Shown here in pieces: positions 46,267 through 55,825 of a stretch of 64,000 bases of DNA (its first letter is position 1; the number at the start of each line of letters is the position of its first letter). Made by a program: the position numbers and the translations under genes. The notes beneath the pieces were generated by a model. That model had not been told where the DNA came from, ran no database searches, and saw nothing but the letters and a program-made list of their open reading frames with translations. Origin of the DNA: Steroidobacteraceae bacterium (GTDB taxonomy: Bacteria; Pseudomonadota; Gammaproteobacteria; Steroidobacterales; Steroidobacteraceae); assembly GCA_036495805.1 (NCBI GenBank), contig DASXMG010000009.1:45596-109595 (forward strand), read 5' to 3'.

Positions 46267-47225
46267 ACGATCTTGGCTACTTACAGCCGCTCTATATTCT
46301 GCCCTTCGACCATCGCGCAACATTCCAGGCCAACCTATTCGGCTGGACGGGCCGTGTGTCCGAGGAGCAATCCGCCCAGATCGCCACCTCCAAGCAGGTG
46401 ATCTACGACGGCTTCAAGGCAGCTCTCGCGGCCGGCGTGCCGAAGCAGAACGCCGGCATCTTGGTAGATGAGCAGTTCGGCGCTGCAATCCTCTGCGACG
46501 CCGCGGAACACGACTATTTAACGTGCTGTCCTGCCGAAAAGAGCGGACTGGACGAATTCGACTTCGAATACGGCGAGGAATTCGCCAGCCATATCGATTT
46601 GTTCGAGCCAACCTTCTGCAAGGTGCTGGTGCGCTACAACCCGGAAGGCGATTCGCTCCTGAACCGGCGCCAATCGGCTCGCTTAAGACGACTGTCCGAA
46701 TACCTGAGCGCGCGCAACAAGAGCCGCTTGATGTTCGAGCTGCTGGTGCCGCCCGAGCCGGCGCAACTAGAGCGAGTCCGGGGCGACAAGAAAAGGTGGG
46801 ATGCGGAGATTCGGCCCCGCCTGATGGTTAAGGCGATTGAGGAGCTGCAGGATGCTCAGGTCGAAGCGGACGTATGGAAGATCGAAGGCCTCGATTTCGA
46901 GGACGACTGCGAGAGGATTGTGCGCGCGGCGCGCCGCGGCGGCCGGGACAATGTCTCCTGCATCGTTTTTGGCCGGGGTGAGGACGAAAAAAAAGTGCGC
47001 GACTGGCTCGCGACAGCGGCGCGCGTCGAAGGATTTGCCGGGTTTGCCGTGGGGCGGACGGTGTTTTGGGACGCATTGGTCAGCTGGCGCGCGAAGACGT
47101 TAACCCGCGAGGCGGCCGTGGCCCAGATTGCGAGACGCTTTGAAGAGTTTGTCGATATTTTTGAAAACTGCGGCGAGCTGGGTACCGGCAATGCGGCAAT
47201 ACTTGCGGACCACGGCAGCAGATGA
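46263..47225 (+). CDS. DUF2090 / class I aldolase-like protein (annotated in databases as 2-deoxy-5-keto-D-gluconate 6-phosphate aldolase domain protein)
   Basis: [13 protein letters not shown]-terminus, …[12 protein letters not shown]…, …VWKIEG…, …[15 protein letters not shown] overlap with the pgi stop. Confidence 0.7.
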   Translation: MNDLGYLQPLYILPFDHRATFQANLFGWTGRVSEEQSAQIATSKQVIYDGFKAALAAGVPKQNAGILVDEQFGAAILCDAAEHDYLTCCPAEKSGLDEFDFEYGEEFASHIDLFEPTFCKVLVRYNPEGDSLLNRRQSARLRRLSEYLSARNKSRLMFELLVPPEPAQLERVRGDKKRWDAEIRPRLMVKAIEELQDAQVEADVWKIEGLDFEDDCERIVRAARRGGRDNVSCIVFGRGEDEKKVRDWLATAARVEGFAGFAVGRTVFWDALVSWRAKTLTREAAVAQIARRFEEFVDIFENCGELGTGNAAILADHGSR

Positions 47226-47259
47226 ATTCGGATCAGCCCAGCTTGGAAGGAATAACACC

Positions 47260-47712
47260 ATGCGCGTTGGAATAGCGACGGATCACGGCGGCTTCAGCCT
47301 GAAACAAGAAATTCTCGCGCAACTGCGCGCGGCGGGGTATGAGGTGGTCGATTTTGGGGCACATATCGTAAATCCGCGAGATGACTACACCGATTTGGTC
47401 GTGCCGTTGGCGCGGGCGGTTGCCGCCGGAAAGGTCGAGCGCGGCGTGGCGATCTGCGGCAGTGGCGTCGGCGCCTCGGTGTGCGCCAACAAATTGCCCG
47501 GCGTTCGCGCGGCGATCATTCACGACCACTTCTCGGCCGTGCAGGGCGTCCAAGACGACGATATGAACATCATTTGCATGGGCGGCCGAACAGTCGGCCC
47601 GTCCGTCGCCTGGGACTTGGTGCAGGCCTTCCTTGCCGCCACGTTCAGCAACGCCGACCGGCACGCGCGGCGTCTTGGCAAAGTCGCCGCGCTGGAGGCG
47701 GGACGACCCTAG
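47260..47712 (+). CDS. rpiB: ribose-5-phosphate isomerase B
   Basis: MRVGIATDHGGFSLKQ…GVAICGSGVGASVCANK…, 150 aa. Confidence 0.93.
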   Translation: MRVGIATDHGGFSLKQEILAQLRAAGYEVVDFGAHIVNPRDDYTDLVVPLARAVAAGKVERGVAICGSGVGASVCANKLPGVRAAIIHDHFSAVQGVQDDDMNIICMGGRTVGPSVAWDLVQAFLAATFSNADRHARRLGKVAALEAGRP

Positions 47713-47780
47713 CCGAGCAATCTGCCGATTCGGCGCATCGTGGGGCGAGCGGGATTTCTTCCGTGCTTACGGAGAAGGTC

Positions 47781-49838
47781 ATGGGAAACGAGACGATAAT
47801 TCAAACAGCGATCAATACCATCCGCACCCTGTCGATGGATGCCGTGCAGAAGGCCAACTCCGGGCACCCTGGTACACCGATGGGCATGGCTCCCGTGATG
47901 TATTGTCTCTGGCAGCACTTTTTACGCTTCGATCCCGACGATCCCATTTGGCCAAATCGCGATCGCTTTGTGCTTTCTGTCGGTCACGCATCGATGCTGC
48001 TGTATTCGATGCTGTATCTGACAGGCGTCAAAGCGGTGGACCCGGACTATGAGATCGTCGGTGAATCTTCGGTTTCTCTCGAGGACATCAAGAATTTTCG
48101 CCAGCTAGGCAGCCGCTGCGCCGGGCATCCGGAATATCACTGGACTTCGGGAGTGGAAACTACGACCGGCCCGCTGGGTCAAGGTGTTGCGACCAGTGTC
48201 GGCATGGCGATCGCTTCGAAATGGCTCAGCGTGCGCTACAACCGCCCCGGATTCGAACTGTTCACAAACGATGTCTATGCGCTGTGCGGCGACGGCTGCA
48301 TGATGGAAGGCATTTCAAGCGAAGCCGCCTCTCTCGCCGGCCACCTGCAGCTCGACAATCTTTGTTGGATCTACGACAACAACCGCATAACGATCGAGGG
48401 GAGCACCAACCTCGCGTTTCGCGACGATATCGCGGCACGCTTTCTTTCTTATGGCTGGAATGTCACCCGAGTTGGCGACGCCAACGACGTTGAGGTGCTG
48501 ACGCGGGCGTTCAGCGTTTTCAAGAAGACATCCGACAGACCCACGCTGATCATCGTCGACAGCCACATTGGCTACGGGGCGCCGACTAAGGAGGGTACGG
48601 CCGCGGCGCACGGCGAGCCGCTCGGCACCGCAGAGGTCAGAGCCACCAAGCAGATCTACGGTTGGCCGGCAGACGCCGAGTTCTTGGTGCCTGAGGGCGT
48701 GAGGGAGCACTTTCTCGACGGCATCGGAAAACGCAGTCGAGACCTGCGCATCGAATGGGAGGCGAATTTCCAGAAGTACAAGCACGAATTTCCGCAGCTG
48801 GCGCAGCAGATCGAACAAATGCAATGCCGTGAATTGCCCGATGGTTGGGATAGGGACCTGCCAGTATTCCCGGCCGATCAAAAGGGCATGGGTGGGCGGG
48901 ATGCCGGCAGTAAGGCGCTCACAGTCCTCGCAAAGAGCATCCCATGGCTCATGGGCGGGTCGGCCGACTTGGCGCCGTCGACCAAAACCAGATTGGACTT
49001 CGAGGGCGCGGGTGATTTTCAAGCCGGCCAATATGGCGGCCGCAATCTGCATTTCGGTATCCGCGAGCATGGCATGGCGGCGATGCTGAACGGCATGAGT
49101 CTCGTGAAGGTGCGTCCGTTCGGATCCGGGTTTTTCATCTTCAGCGACTACGCTCGCGGCGCGATTCGCTTGAGCGCCTTGATGGAGCTGCCGGTCATTC
49201 ATATTTTCACCCACGATTCGATCGGCGTTGGGGAGGACGGCCCAACGCACCAGCCGGTGGAGCATCTTGCCTCGTTGCGTGCCGTCCCCGGACTGGTCAC
49301 GCTGCGGCCCGGGGACGCCAATGAGGTCGTCGAGGCGTGGCGCTACGTCATGAAGCTGCGCCACAAACCGGCAGTGCTCGTGCTGTCGCGTCAAGCGCTG
49401 CCCACGCTGGATCGAGGCAAGTACGCACCCGCGGCCGGAGTCGCTCGCGGCGCCTACGTACTTGCGGAGGCGCCGGGCGGAAAGCCTGAGGTCATACTTA
49501 TCGCGTCGGGCAGCGAAATCAGCCTTGCTGTGCTGGCGCATGAGACGCTGATTGCCGAAGGCATACGCTCGCGCGTGGTCTCGATGCCATCCTGGGATAT
49601 CTTCGATCACCAGACGCAAGAGTATCGCGACAGCGTGCTGCCGCCCGGTGTGGCGGCGCGCGTCGCGGTGGAACAGGCATCCACATTTGGATGGGAGCGC
49701 TACGTCGGTACGTCCGGGCGCATCATCGGTATGAAGACGTTTGGCGCGTCCGCGCCGCTCAAGGAGTTGCAAAAGAAATTCGGCTTCGAGCCGGAGCAAT
49801 TGGTGGCGGCCGCCAGAGAATTGTTGGGCAAAGGATGA
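47781..49838 (+). CDS. tkt: transketolase
   Basis: …NTIRTLSMDAVQKANSGHPGTPMG…, ThDP motif GDGCMMEG, …HDSIGVGEDGPTHQPVEHL…. GGAGAAGG RBS before ATG 47781. Confidence 0.96.
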   Translation: MGNETIIQTAINTIRTLSMDAVQKANSGHPGTPMGMAPVMYCLWQHFLRFDPDDPIWPNRDRFVLSVGHASMLLYSMLYLTGVKAVDPDYEIVGESSVSLEDIKNFRQLGSRCAGHPEYHWTSGVETTTGPLGQGVATSVGMAIASKWLSVRYNRPGFELFTNDVYALCGDGCMMEGISSEAASLAGHLQLDNLCWIYDNNRITIEGSTNLAFRDDIAARFLSYGWNVTRVGDANDVEVLTRAFSVFKKTSDRPTLIIVDSHIGYGAPTKEGTAAAHGEPLGTAEVRATKQIYGWPADAEFLVPEGVREHFLDGIGKRSRDLRIEWEANFQKYKHEFPQLAQQIEQMQCRELPDGWDRDLPVFPADQKGMGGRDAGSKALTVLAKSIPWLMGGSADLAPSTKTRLDFEGAGDFQAGQYGGRNLHFGIREHGMAAMLNGMSLVKVRPFGSGFFIFSDYARGAIRLSALMELPVIHIFTHDSIGVGEDGPTHQPVEHLASLRAVPGLVTLRPGDANEVVEAWRYVMKLRHKPAVLVLSRQALPTLDRGKYAPAAGVARGAYVLAEAPGGKPEVILIASGSEISLAVLAHETLIAEGIRSRVVSMPSWDIFDHQTQEYRDSVLPPGVAARVAVEQASTFGWERYVGTSGRIIGMKTFGASAPLKELQKKFGFEPEQLVAAARELLGKG

Positions 49839-51520
49839 GCGGGCAGCGGCGGCTTGATGCGCCGTCGATGCCGCGCTCTGTCAGCGGATTGGCGGCCTTC
49901 AGCGTCTGCTTGCTCACGCTGTACCTTGTGCGGTCTCCGCCTGCGGGTGCGCAAGGCGCTACGATCCCGCATGTCGCCGCACCGGTTCAACGCGCCGCCG
50001 CCAAAGACCCGCTCGACCGCAATACCCCCAGAGGTACCGTTCTCGGTTTCTTGATTGCCGGCCGCAAGGGGCAGAATGATCTCGCAGCTCAATATCTTAA
50101 CACCCGGCTTTCCGGCAACGAGGCCGCAACGCTCGCCCGACAATTGTTCACCGTGCTCGATCGTCGTCTACCTCCGAAACTTCCGGGTCTTAGCGAACTG
50201 CCTGAGGGTTCACGCTCGAATCCGTTGAGGCCTGACGAAGATCGCGTGGGGACGATCGACGGCGCCGGCGGTGACGTCGATATCCTCTTAGAACGCGTGG
50301 ACCGCGGTGCAGGGCCGTTGTGGCTCTTTTCCCGCAAGACCCTCGAAGCGGTGCCGGAACTCTATAAAGAGACCAACTTGACGTTGGCGGACGATGTTGT
50401 TCCTGAATTCATGAAGTTCCGAATCGCAGGCATTGGCCTGTATCACTGGCTTGCCGCGTTTGTGGGCATGCCGCTCATCTTTTACATCGCAACGCTTTTG
50501 AGCCGCCTCTGCGGTCTGATCCTTGGCGGGTTGCGCCGACGCTTTTACAGAAAGCCCGATTTACCGAATCCGGAACTGCTACCCAAGCCAGTTCGCCTTC
50601 TGTTTCTGGCTCTGGTCATTCGCTGGACTATTTCCAAGGTCGGTCTATCGTTGTTCGCACGGCAGATCTGGTCCAGCACCGCGACAGTCATTACGATCGC
50701 AGCCACGGCTTGGCTGCTGATTCGTGTGGCTGGTTGGGTCGAGCAGCTCGTTCAGCGGCTGCTCATCAAGCGCAGGATCACCGGACTCACGGCGATTGTG
50801 CGCCTTCTGCTCGCAGTGTTTGATCTGGTGATCTTCGTTGCCGCCGCACTGGTAACGGTTTACCGCTTTGGATTGAACCCGGCCGCATTTCTGACCGGAC
50901 TCGGCGTCGGCGGAATCGCCATTGCGCTCGCCGCGCAGAAGACCTTGGAAAACATCATCGGCGGCGTCTCTCTCATTCTCGACAGGGTCGTGCGCCTCGG
51001 CGACATCATCGCGCTCGGCGACATCCGGGGCACGGTCGAGGCCATCAGTTTGCGTTCGACGCAGATCCGAACCTTCGACCGAACGGTGGTCAGTGTTCCC
51101 AACGGCCAGATGGCCAACATGACGCTTGAGAATCTGTCGAGTCGCGACAAATTCTGGTTTCACCCCATCCTGGCGCTACGTTACGGGACAACTGCAATAC
51201 AAATTCGCGCTCTGGTCGATCGCATCCGCAGCCTCCTGGAGCAGTGCCGGGATGTTGTGCCGGGTACGGTTGGCGTGCATTTTCATCAATTCGCCCGAGT
51301 GTCTCTCGAGGTAGAGGTTTTTGCCTATGTTCTAGGGCGTGATTTGAAACAGTTCCGCGGAATACGGGAACGACTGCTGCTACGCATCGCAGAATGTTTC
51401 GAGTCGACCGGAGTTCAAATGGCGGTGCCGCTGCAAGAACTCCTGCCTGGCAATGCCAGCACGTCGAATAAAACACACGAATCCAGAGGGCCTCGCCATG
51501 ACAAATCCTGCATCGACTAA
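49835..51520 (+). CDS. MscS-family mechanosensitive channel with large N-terminal extension
   Basis: ATGA overlap with the tkt stop. Signal/TM, then several TM segments, then the MscS core …LENIIGGVSLILDRVVRLGDIIALGDIRGTVEAISLRSTQIRTFDRTVVSVPNG…. Confidence 0.85.
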   Translation: MSGQRRLDAPSMPRSVSGLAAFSVCLLTLYLVRSPPAGAQGATIPHVAAPVQRAAAKDPLDRNTPRGTVLGFLIAGRKGQNDLAAQYLNTRLSGNEAATLARQLFTVLDRRLPPKLPGLSELPEGSRSNPLRPDEDRVGTIDGAGGDVDILLERVDRGAGPLWLFSRKTLEAVPELYKETNLTLADDVVPEFMKFRIAGIGLYHWLAAFVGMPLIFYIATLLSRLCGLILGGLRRRFYRKPDLPNPELLPKPVRLLFLALVIRWTISKVGLSLFARQIWSSTATVITIAATAWLLIRVAGWVEQLVQRLLIKRRITGLTAIVRLLLAVFDLVIFVAAALVTVYRFGLNPAAFLTGLGVGGIAIALAAQKTLENIIGGVSLILDRVVRLGDIIALGDIRGTVEAISLRSTQIRTFDRTVVSVPNGQMANMTLENLSSRDKFWFHPILALRYGTTAIQIRALVDRIRSLLEQCRDVVPGTVGVHFHQFARVSLEVEVFAYVLGRDLKQFRGIRERLLLRIAECFESTGVQMAVPLQELLPGNASTSNKTHESRGPRHDKSCID

Positions 51521-54278
51521 AACCGCCGAACAGACCCGGCTCGATGAGGATCGCGAGCGGTCGGTGCCCTGGAAGAAATGGGGACCTTACGTCAGCGAGC
51601 GTCAGTGGGGCACTGTGCGCGAAGACTACAGCGAGGGCGGGGACGCCTGGAATTACTTCCCGCACGACCATGCTCGCTCTCGCACCTACCTTTGGGGCGA
51701 GGATGGCATAGCCGGCATTTCGGACGACATGCAGCACCTGTGTTTCGCCTTGGCCCTCTGGAACGGGAAAGATCCCATCCTCAAAGAGCGGCTCTTCGGG
51801 CTCACGAACAGCGAGGGCAATCACGGCGAGGACGTGAAGGAGTGCTACTTCTACCTCGACAGCACGCCGAGCCACTCGTACATGAAGTATCTCTATAAGT
51901 ACCCGCAGGCGGCATTCCCCTACGATGACCTGGTGGCGACCAACCGCCGACGGTCCCGCACCGAAGGCGAGTATGAGCTCCTTGACACTGGCGTCTTCGA
52001 TGGAGATCGCTACTTCGACGTTTTCGTGGAATACGCGAAAGCCGGTCCCGAAGACATTCTCGTGCGGTATACGGCCATTAACCGTGGACCGGAAACGGCC
52101 GAACTGCATCTCTTGCCGACGCTGTGGTTTCGCAACGACTGGGCGCACTGGATTTCCGAAGCGAACAGGGCGGCCGACATGCCAAACCTCAGGCAGGTCG
52201 CGGCGGCGGTCGGCAGGAGCGCGGTCGTGGCAAGGCATTCGCGGCTGGGTGAATTCATTCTTTCGTGTGAAGGCGAGGTGCCGCTGCTGTTCACCGACAA
52301 TACGACCAATAACGAGCGTCTCTTCCCCGACCGCCCGAATTCCAGCCCCTATGTTAAAGACGGCATCAACAACTGCGTGGTGCATAATCATCAGCGTGCG
52401 GTAAACCCCCAAAAACAGGGCACCAAGGTGTCTGCACACTACCGCATGATGATTGCCTCCGGACAGGAAGCGACTGTACGGTTGCGCCTAGTGGGCCAAT
52501 CCGCGGCCCGAAAGGTTAGGGACACTGCGAACGTCTCAGGTTTTTTCAGCCCCGAGTTTGACGAGACTGTGGCCTCCCGATTGCGCGAAGCGGACGAATT
52601 CTATCGCTCGGTAACACCGCCCTCGATCTCCCCTGACGCGGCCAGCGTCATGCGCCAAGCCATCGCCGGTATGCTCTGGAGCAAGCAGTTCTACTTCTTC
52701 GACGGAGACAGCTGGCTGCACGCGCACAATGCCAATCCGCGGCACGCCGGCTACCGCAATGCCCGGAACTCCGAGTGGTTTCACATGCTCAGCAGGGACA
52801 TCATTTCGATGCCCGACAAGTGGGAGTACCCCTGGTACGCTGCGTGGGACCTGGCATTTCACGCGCTGCCGCTCGCGATTGTGGACTCTGACTTCGCCAA
52901 GCAGCAGATGGCACTGATGCTCGATAGTCTTCACATGCATCCCAACGGGCAATTGCCTGCATACGAATGGAACTTCAGCGACGTGAACCCGCCGGTCCAC
53001 GCTTTTGCAACGCTGTTTTTGCACCGCACCGACCTCGCGCTGCGCGGACACGCGGACATTGAATTCCTCAAGTCGGCATTTAACAAGCTGCTGCTGAACT
53101 TCACCTGGTGGATGAACCGCAAGGACCGCTTCGGCAAGAACGTATTCGAGGGCGGGTTCCTCGGATTGGACAACATCGGCGTTTTCGACCGCAGCGCGCC
53201 GCTACCCACGGGAGGACATCTCGAGCAGGCAGACGGCACGGCATGGATGGCCGTGTTCAGCCAGAACATGGTCGAACTCGCCGCAGAGCTCACCGCGCAC
53301 GACCCGATCTATGAGGACATGATCGTCAAGTTTCTCGAGCACTTCTATTATATAGCCGGGGCCATGAACCACCCTGGCGAGGATGGCATGTGGGATGAGG
53401 CGGATGGCTTCTACTACGATCTGCTGCGACTTCCCGATGGCGGTGCGCAGAGACTGAAAGTGCGCTCGATGGTCGGACTGCTACCCCTATGTGCGGCGAC
53501 TGTGTTCGAGAAACAGCAGCGAGAGCATTTTCCGCGCGCGATGGCGCATCTGTCAGAACGTCTGCGCCGGATGCCCGAACTCGCAAAGAGCACGCATCCG
53601 ACGGGCCCAGGCCACCTCGGGGTGGCCGACCGTGGAATCATCGCCCTGCTCAACGAGGAGCGGCTGCGTCGGATTCTGACAAAGATGCTCGATGAGAACG
53701 AATTCCTTTGTCCCTACGGTATTCGCTCGCTTTCCAAGATCCACGAGTCGCAACCGTATGTCTTGTACAAAGGCGGCCGGGAATACCGCGTGCCCTACAC
53801 TCCGGCGGAATCGGACAATGGTATTTTCGGCGGCAATTCCAACTGGCGCGGCCCGGTGTGGATGCCGGTGAATGTAATGCTCATCCGGGCGCTCCTGAAT
53901 TACTACCTATACTACGGCGACAAATTCAAAATTGAATGCCCTACGAGATCAGGCAAGATGATGAATCTCTTTGAAGTGAGCAAGGAAATCGCTGACCGCC
54001 TCGCACGGATATTCCTGCGCAATGAAGAGGGGAGGCGTCCCGTTTACGGCGGCACCGAGAAGTTCCAGTCTGACCCTCACTGGCGGGACTGCATCCTTTT
54101 TTACGAGTATTTTCACGGCGACAACGGCCGGGGACTCGGCGCGAGTCACCAGACCGGCTGGACCGGACTCGTGGCCAGGACGATTCAGCTTTACGGCTCT
54201 CTCGATTCCAGCCGTTTCCTGGATGTTGGCAAGCATGAGGGCTTCATGCAGGGTTTCCACCGCAAGTACGGTCGGTGA
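51498..54278 (+). CDS. GH63-like glucosidase (MGH1/glucosyl- or mannosylglycerate hydrolase-like family)
   Basis: N-terminus …WKKWGPYVSERQWGTVREDYS..GDAWNYFPHDHARSR.Y.WGEDG… and a C-terminal (alpha/alpha)6-type region …WRGPVWMPVN…. 926 aa from ATG 51498 (23-nt overlap with the MscS gene). Confidence 0.75.
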   Translation: MTNPASTKTAEQTRLDEDRERSVPWKKWGPYVSERQWGTVREDYSEGGDAWNYFPHDHARSRTYLWGEDGIAGISDDMQHLCFALALWNGKDPILKERLFGLTNSEGNHGEDVKECYFYLDSTPSHSYMKYLYKYPQAAFPYDDLVATNRRRSRTEGEYELLDTGVFDGDRYFDVFVEYAKAGPEDILVRYTAINRGPETAELHLLPTLWFRNDWAHWISEANRAADMPNLRQVAAAVGRSAVVARHSRLGEFILSCEGEVPLLFTDNTTNNERLFPDRPNSSPYVKDGINNCVVHNHQRAVNPQKQGTKVSAHYRMMIASGQEATVRLRLVGQSAARKVRDTANVSGFFSPEFDETVASRLREADEFYRSVTPPSISPDAASVMRQAIAGMLWSKQFYFFDGDSWLHAHNANPRHAGYRNARNSEWFHMLSRDIISMPDKWEYPWYAAWDLAFHALPLAIVDSDFAKQQMALMLDSLHMHPNGQLPAYEWNFSDVNPPVHAFATLFLHRTDLALRGHADIEFLKSAFNKLLLNFTWWMNRKDRFGKNVFEGGFLGLDNIGVFDRSAPLPTGGHLEQADGTAWMAVFSQNMVELAAELTAHDPIYEDMIVKFLEHFYYIAGAMNHPGEDGMWDEADGFYYDLLRLPDGGAQRLKVRSMVGLLPLCAATVFEKQQREHFPRAMAHLSERLRRMPELAKSTHPTGPGHLGVADRGIIALLNEERLRRILTKMLDENEFLCPYGIRSLSKIHESQPYVLYKGGREYRVPYTPAESDNGIFGGNSNWRGPVWMPVNVMLIRALLNYYLYYGDKFKIECPTRSGKMMNLFEVSKEIADRLARIFLRNEEGRRPVYGGTEKFQSDPHWRDCILFYEYFHGDNGRGLGASHQTGWTGLVARTIQLYGSLDSSRFLDVGKHEGFMQGFHRKYGR

Positions 54279-54293
54279 ACTTCCTGAGATCCC

Positions 54294-55268
54294 TTAGTGA
54301 AGCTTGACACCCTCTTCTAGAAATCGCGCATGTTGTACTGCGAGATTCAGGGCGCTGAAGTCCTCATCCGCATTTTCGCAATATAGCGATAGATCGCGAA
54401 GAGTTTCTGCGAGTCGCTTGGGTGTGCCAAGATCGCTCCATCCGCAGTGCCGCGCTTGCAACACCCGCAAAGACGGCTCGGCCCCCGGCAATATCTGGCG
54501 CGAAAAGTCCAGGTTGGGCAAGTCACGATAAAAATTTGTCGCTGCGCGAGACAGATCCGCAGTGGATGGGTTCTTGGCAACTATGGACTGCATACTGGCC
54601 ACGATACCGGGAAACCGCCGCATAAACATTTGCAGCAGCGCTCGACCGCTCGCAGCGATGATGAAGGCGTTCCACAACGCGCCGGCCTGCACCAGCGCGT
54701 GTGCCAGTGGCGCGTCGGGCTTTTCGACAAATCGATCGACAGTCGAAACCGCGCCCTCGCTGCGGCCCGGGACAATATATCCGAGATCCGGATCCGCTTC
54801 TTCCGGCAGAATTCCAACCAGTAGAATTTGATCGCCGCGGGTTTGCAATTCGAATGCGGCCTCCTGCAGCGCGGCAGCAAGCGTTTTCTCGTCGCGGACG
54901 TGATGATCAGAGGGTAACAGCACCACCCTGGCTTCCGGATCGCGTGCCAGAATGTACAGGAGCGGCAGCAGAATCCCGTTCCCCGTGCCGCAATTCCTTG
55001 GTTGAACGACGATATTAGCAATAGGCATTGCCGGCAATCCGCGACTCCACCAGCGCCTATGATGCTGCGACACGATGGTGCAGATGCACTCTGGTTGCGC
55101 TACTGCCTCGGCACGCTTGAGGGCCTCGGATAGCAACGAGTACCCGCCTCGCAGCGAACAAAACTGCTTGGGAACGGCAACTCCCAATGCAGTCGTTGTC
55201 ACTCCGTGGAGCCGGCTTCCTTCGCCTCCCGCCAAAACGATCGCCCAAGTATTCCCAGAAGTGGTCAT
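54294..55268 (-). CDS. sugar-phosphate nucleotidyltransferase (mannose-1-phosphate guanylyltransferase-like)
   Basis: WAIVLAGGEGSRL nucleotide-binding motif, 324 aa, no isomerase domain. Confidence 0.75.
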   Translation of the reverse strand: MTTSGNTWAIVLAGGEGSRLHGVTTTALGVAVPKQFCSLRGGYSLLSEALKRAEAVAQPECICTIVSQHHRRWWSRGLPAMPIANIVVQPRNCGTGNGILLPLLYILARDPEARVVLLPSDHHVRDEKTLAAALQEAAFELQTRGDQILLVGILPEEADPDLGYIVPGRSEGAVSTVDRFVEKPDAPLAHALVQAGALWNAFIIAASGRALLQMFMRRFPGIVASMQSIVAKNPSTADLSRAATNFYRDLPNLDFSRQILPGAEPSLRVLQARHCGWSDLGTPKRLAETLRDLSLYCENADEDFSALNLAVQHARFLEEGVKLH

Positions 55269-55328
55269 TCTTCATAGCTCCCGCGCCAATGCAGATGTGG
55301 GAGGCAGCCGGATTTCTCGCGGTTGTCT

Positions 55329-55748
55329 CTACGGTTCGATCGCGGTCCGGATCGCCGCCAGCAACGTAGCGCCGCTGAGCGGCTTCGGCAAATAGGCTGC
55401 CACGTCATAATATTCAGCCACTTTTCGGATAGTCGACGAATCGTACGCTGTCATTAAAATCACTGGCTGGAGACAGCCACGCTGGCGTAGCTCGGCCAGA
55501 AGCTGCAGGCCCGATATGCCCGGAAGTTTGAGATCCGAAACCACGCAGGTATCGCCTGCGCCGAGACCGACTGCCAGCAGCGCCTCCGCCGATTCGTAAC
55601 TCGCCGTCGACACGCCTAATGAATTCAGCAGTCGCACCATTGACTTGCGTACGCTGTCGTCGTCCTCAACCAAAAGCACTCTGCCCGGATCGTCGAGCGC
55701 TTTCGGGAGCCGGGCGAGCGACGGTTCTAAGAGGCACGCTTGTTGCAT
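55329..55748 (-). CDS. single-domain response regulator (CheY-like receiver)
   Basis: RVLLVEDDDSVR…CVVSDLKLPGISG…LMTAY…YLPKPL. ATG 55748 is preferred over the 187-aa ORF, which would overlap the xfp 3' end. Confidence 0.8.
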   Translation of the reverse strand: MQQACLLEPSLARLPKALDDPGRVLLVEDDDSVRKSMVRLLNSLGVSTASYESAEALLAVGLGAGDTCVVSDLKLPGISGLQLLAELRQRGCLQPVILMTAYDSSTIRKVAEYYDVAAYLPKPLSGATLLAAIRTAIEP

Positions 55749-55825
55749 CTTCAGTTTGAAAAGAGGGTAGGGCGATTCGGCAAAAAGCCGCAAAGTCTTG
55801 GGCGCGCCGCTGCTGGGTGTTGTTG

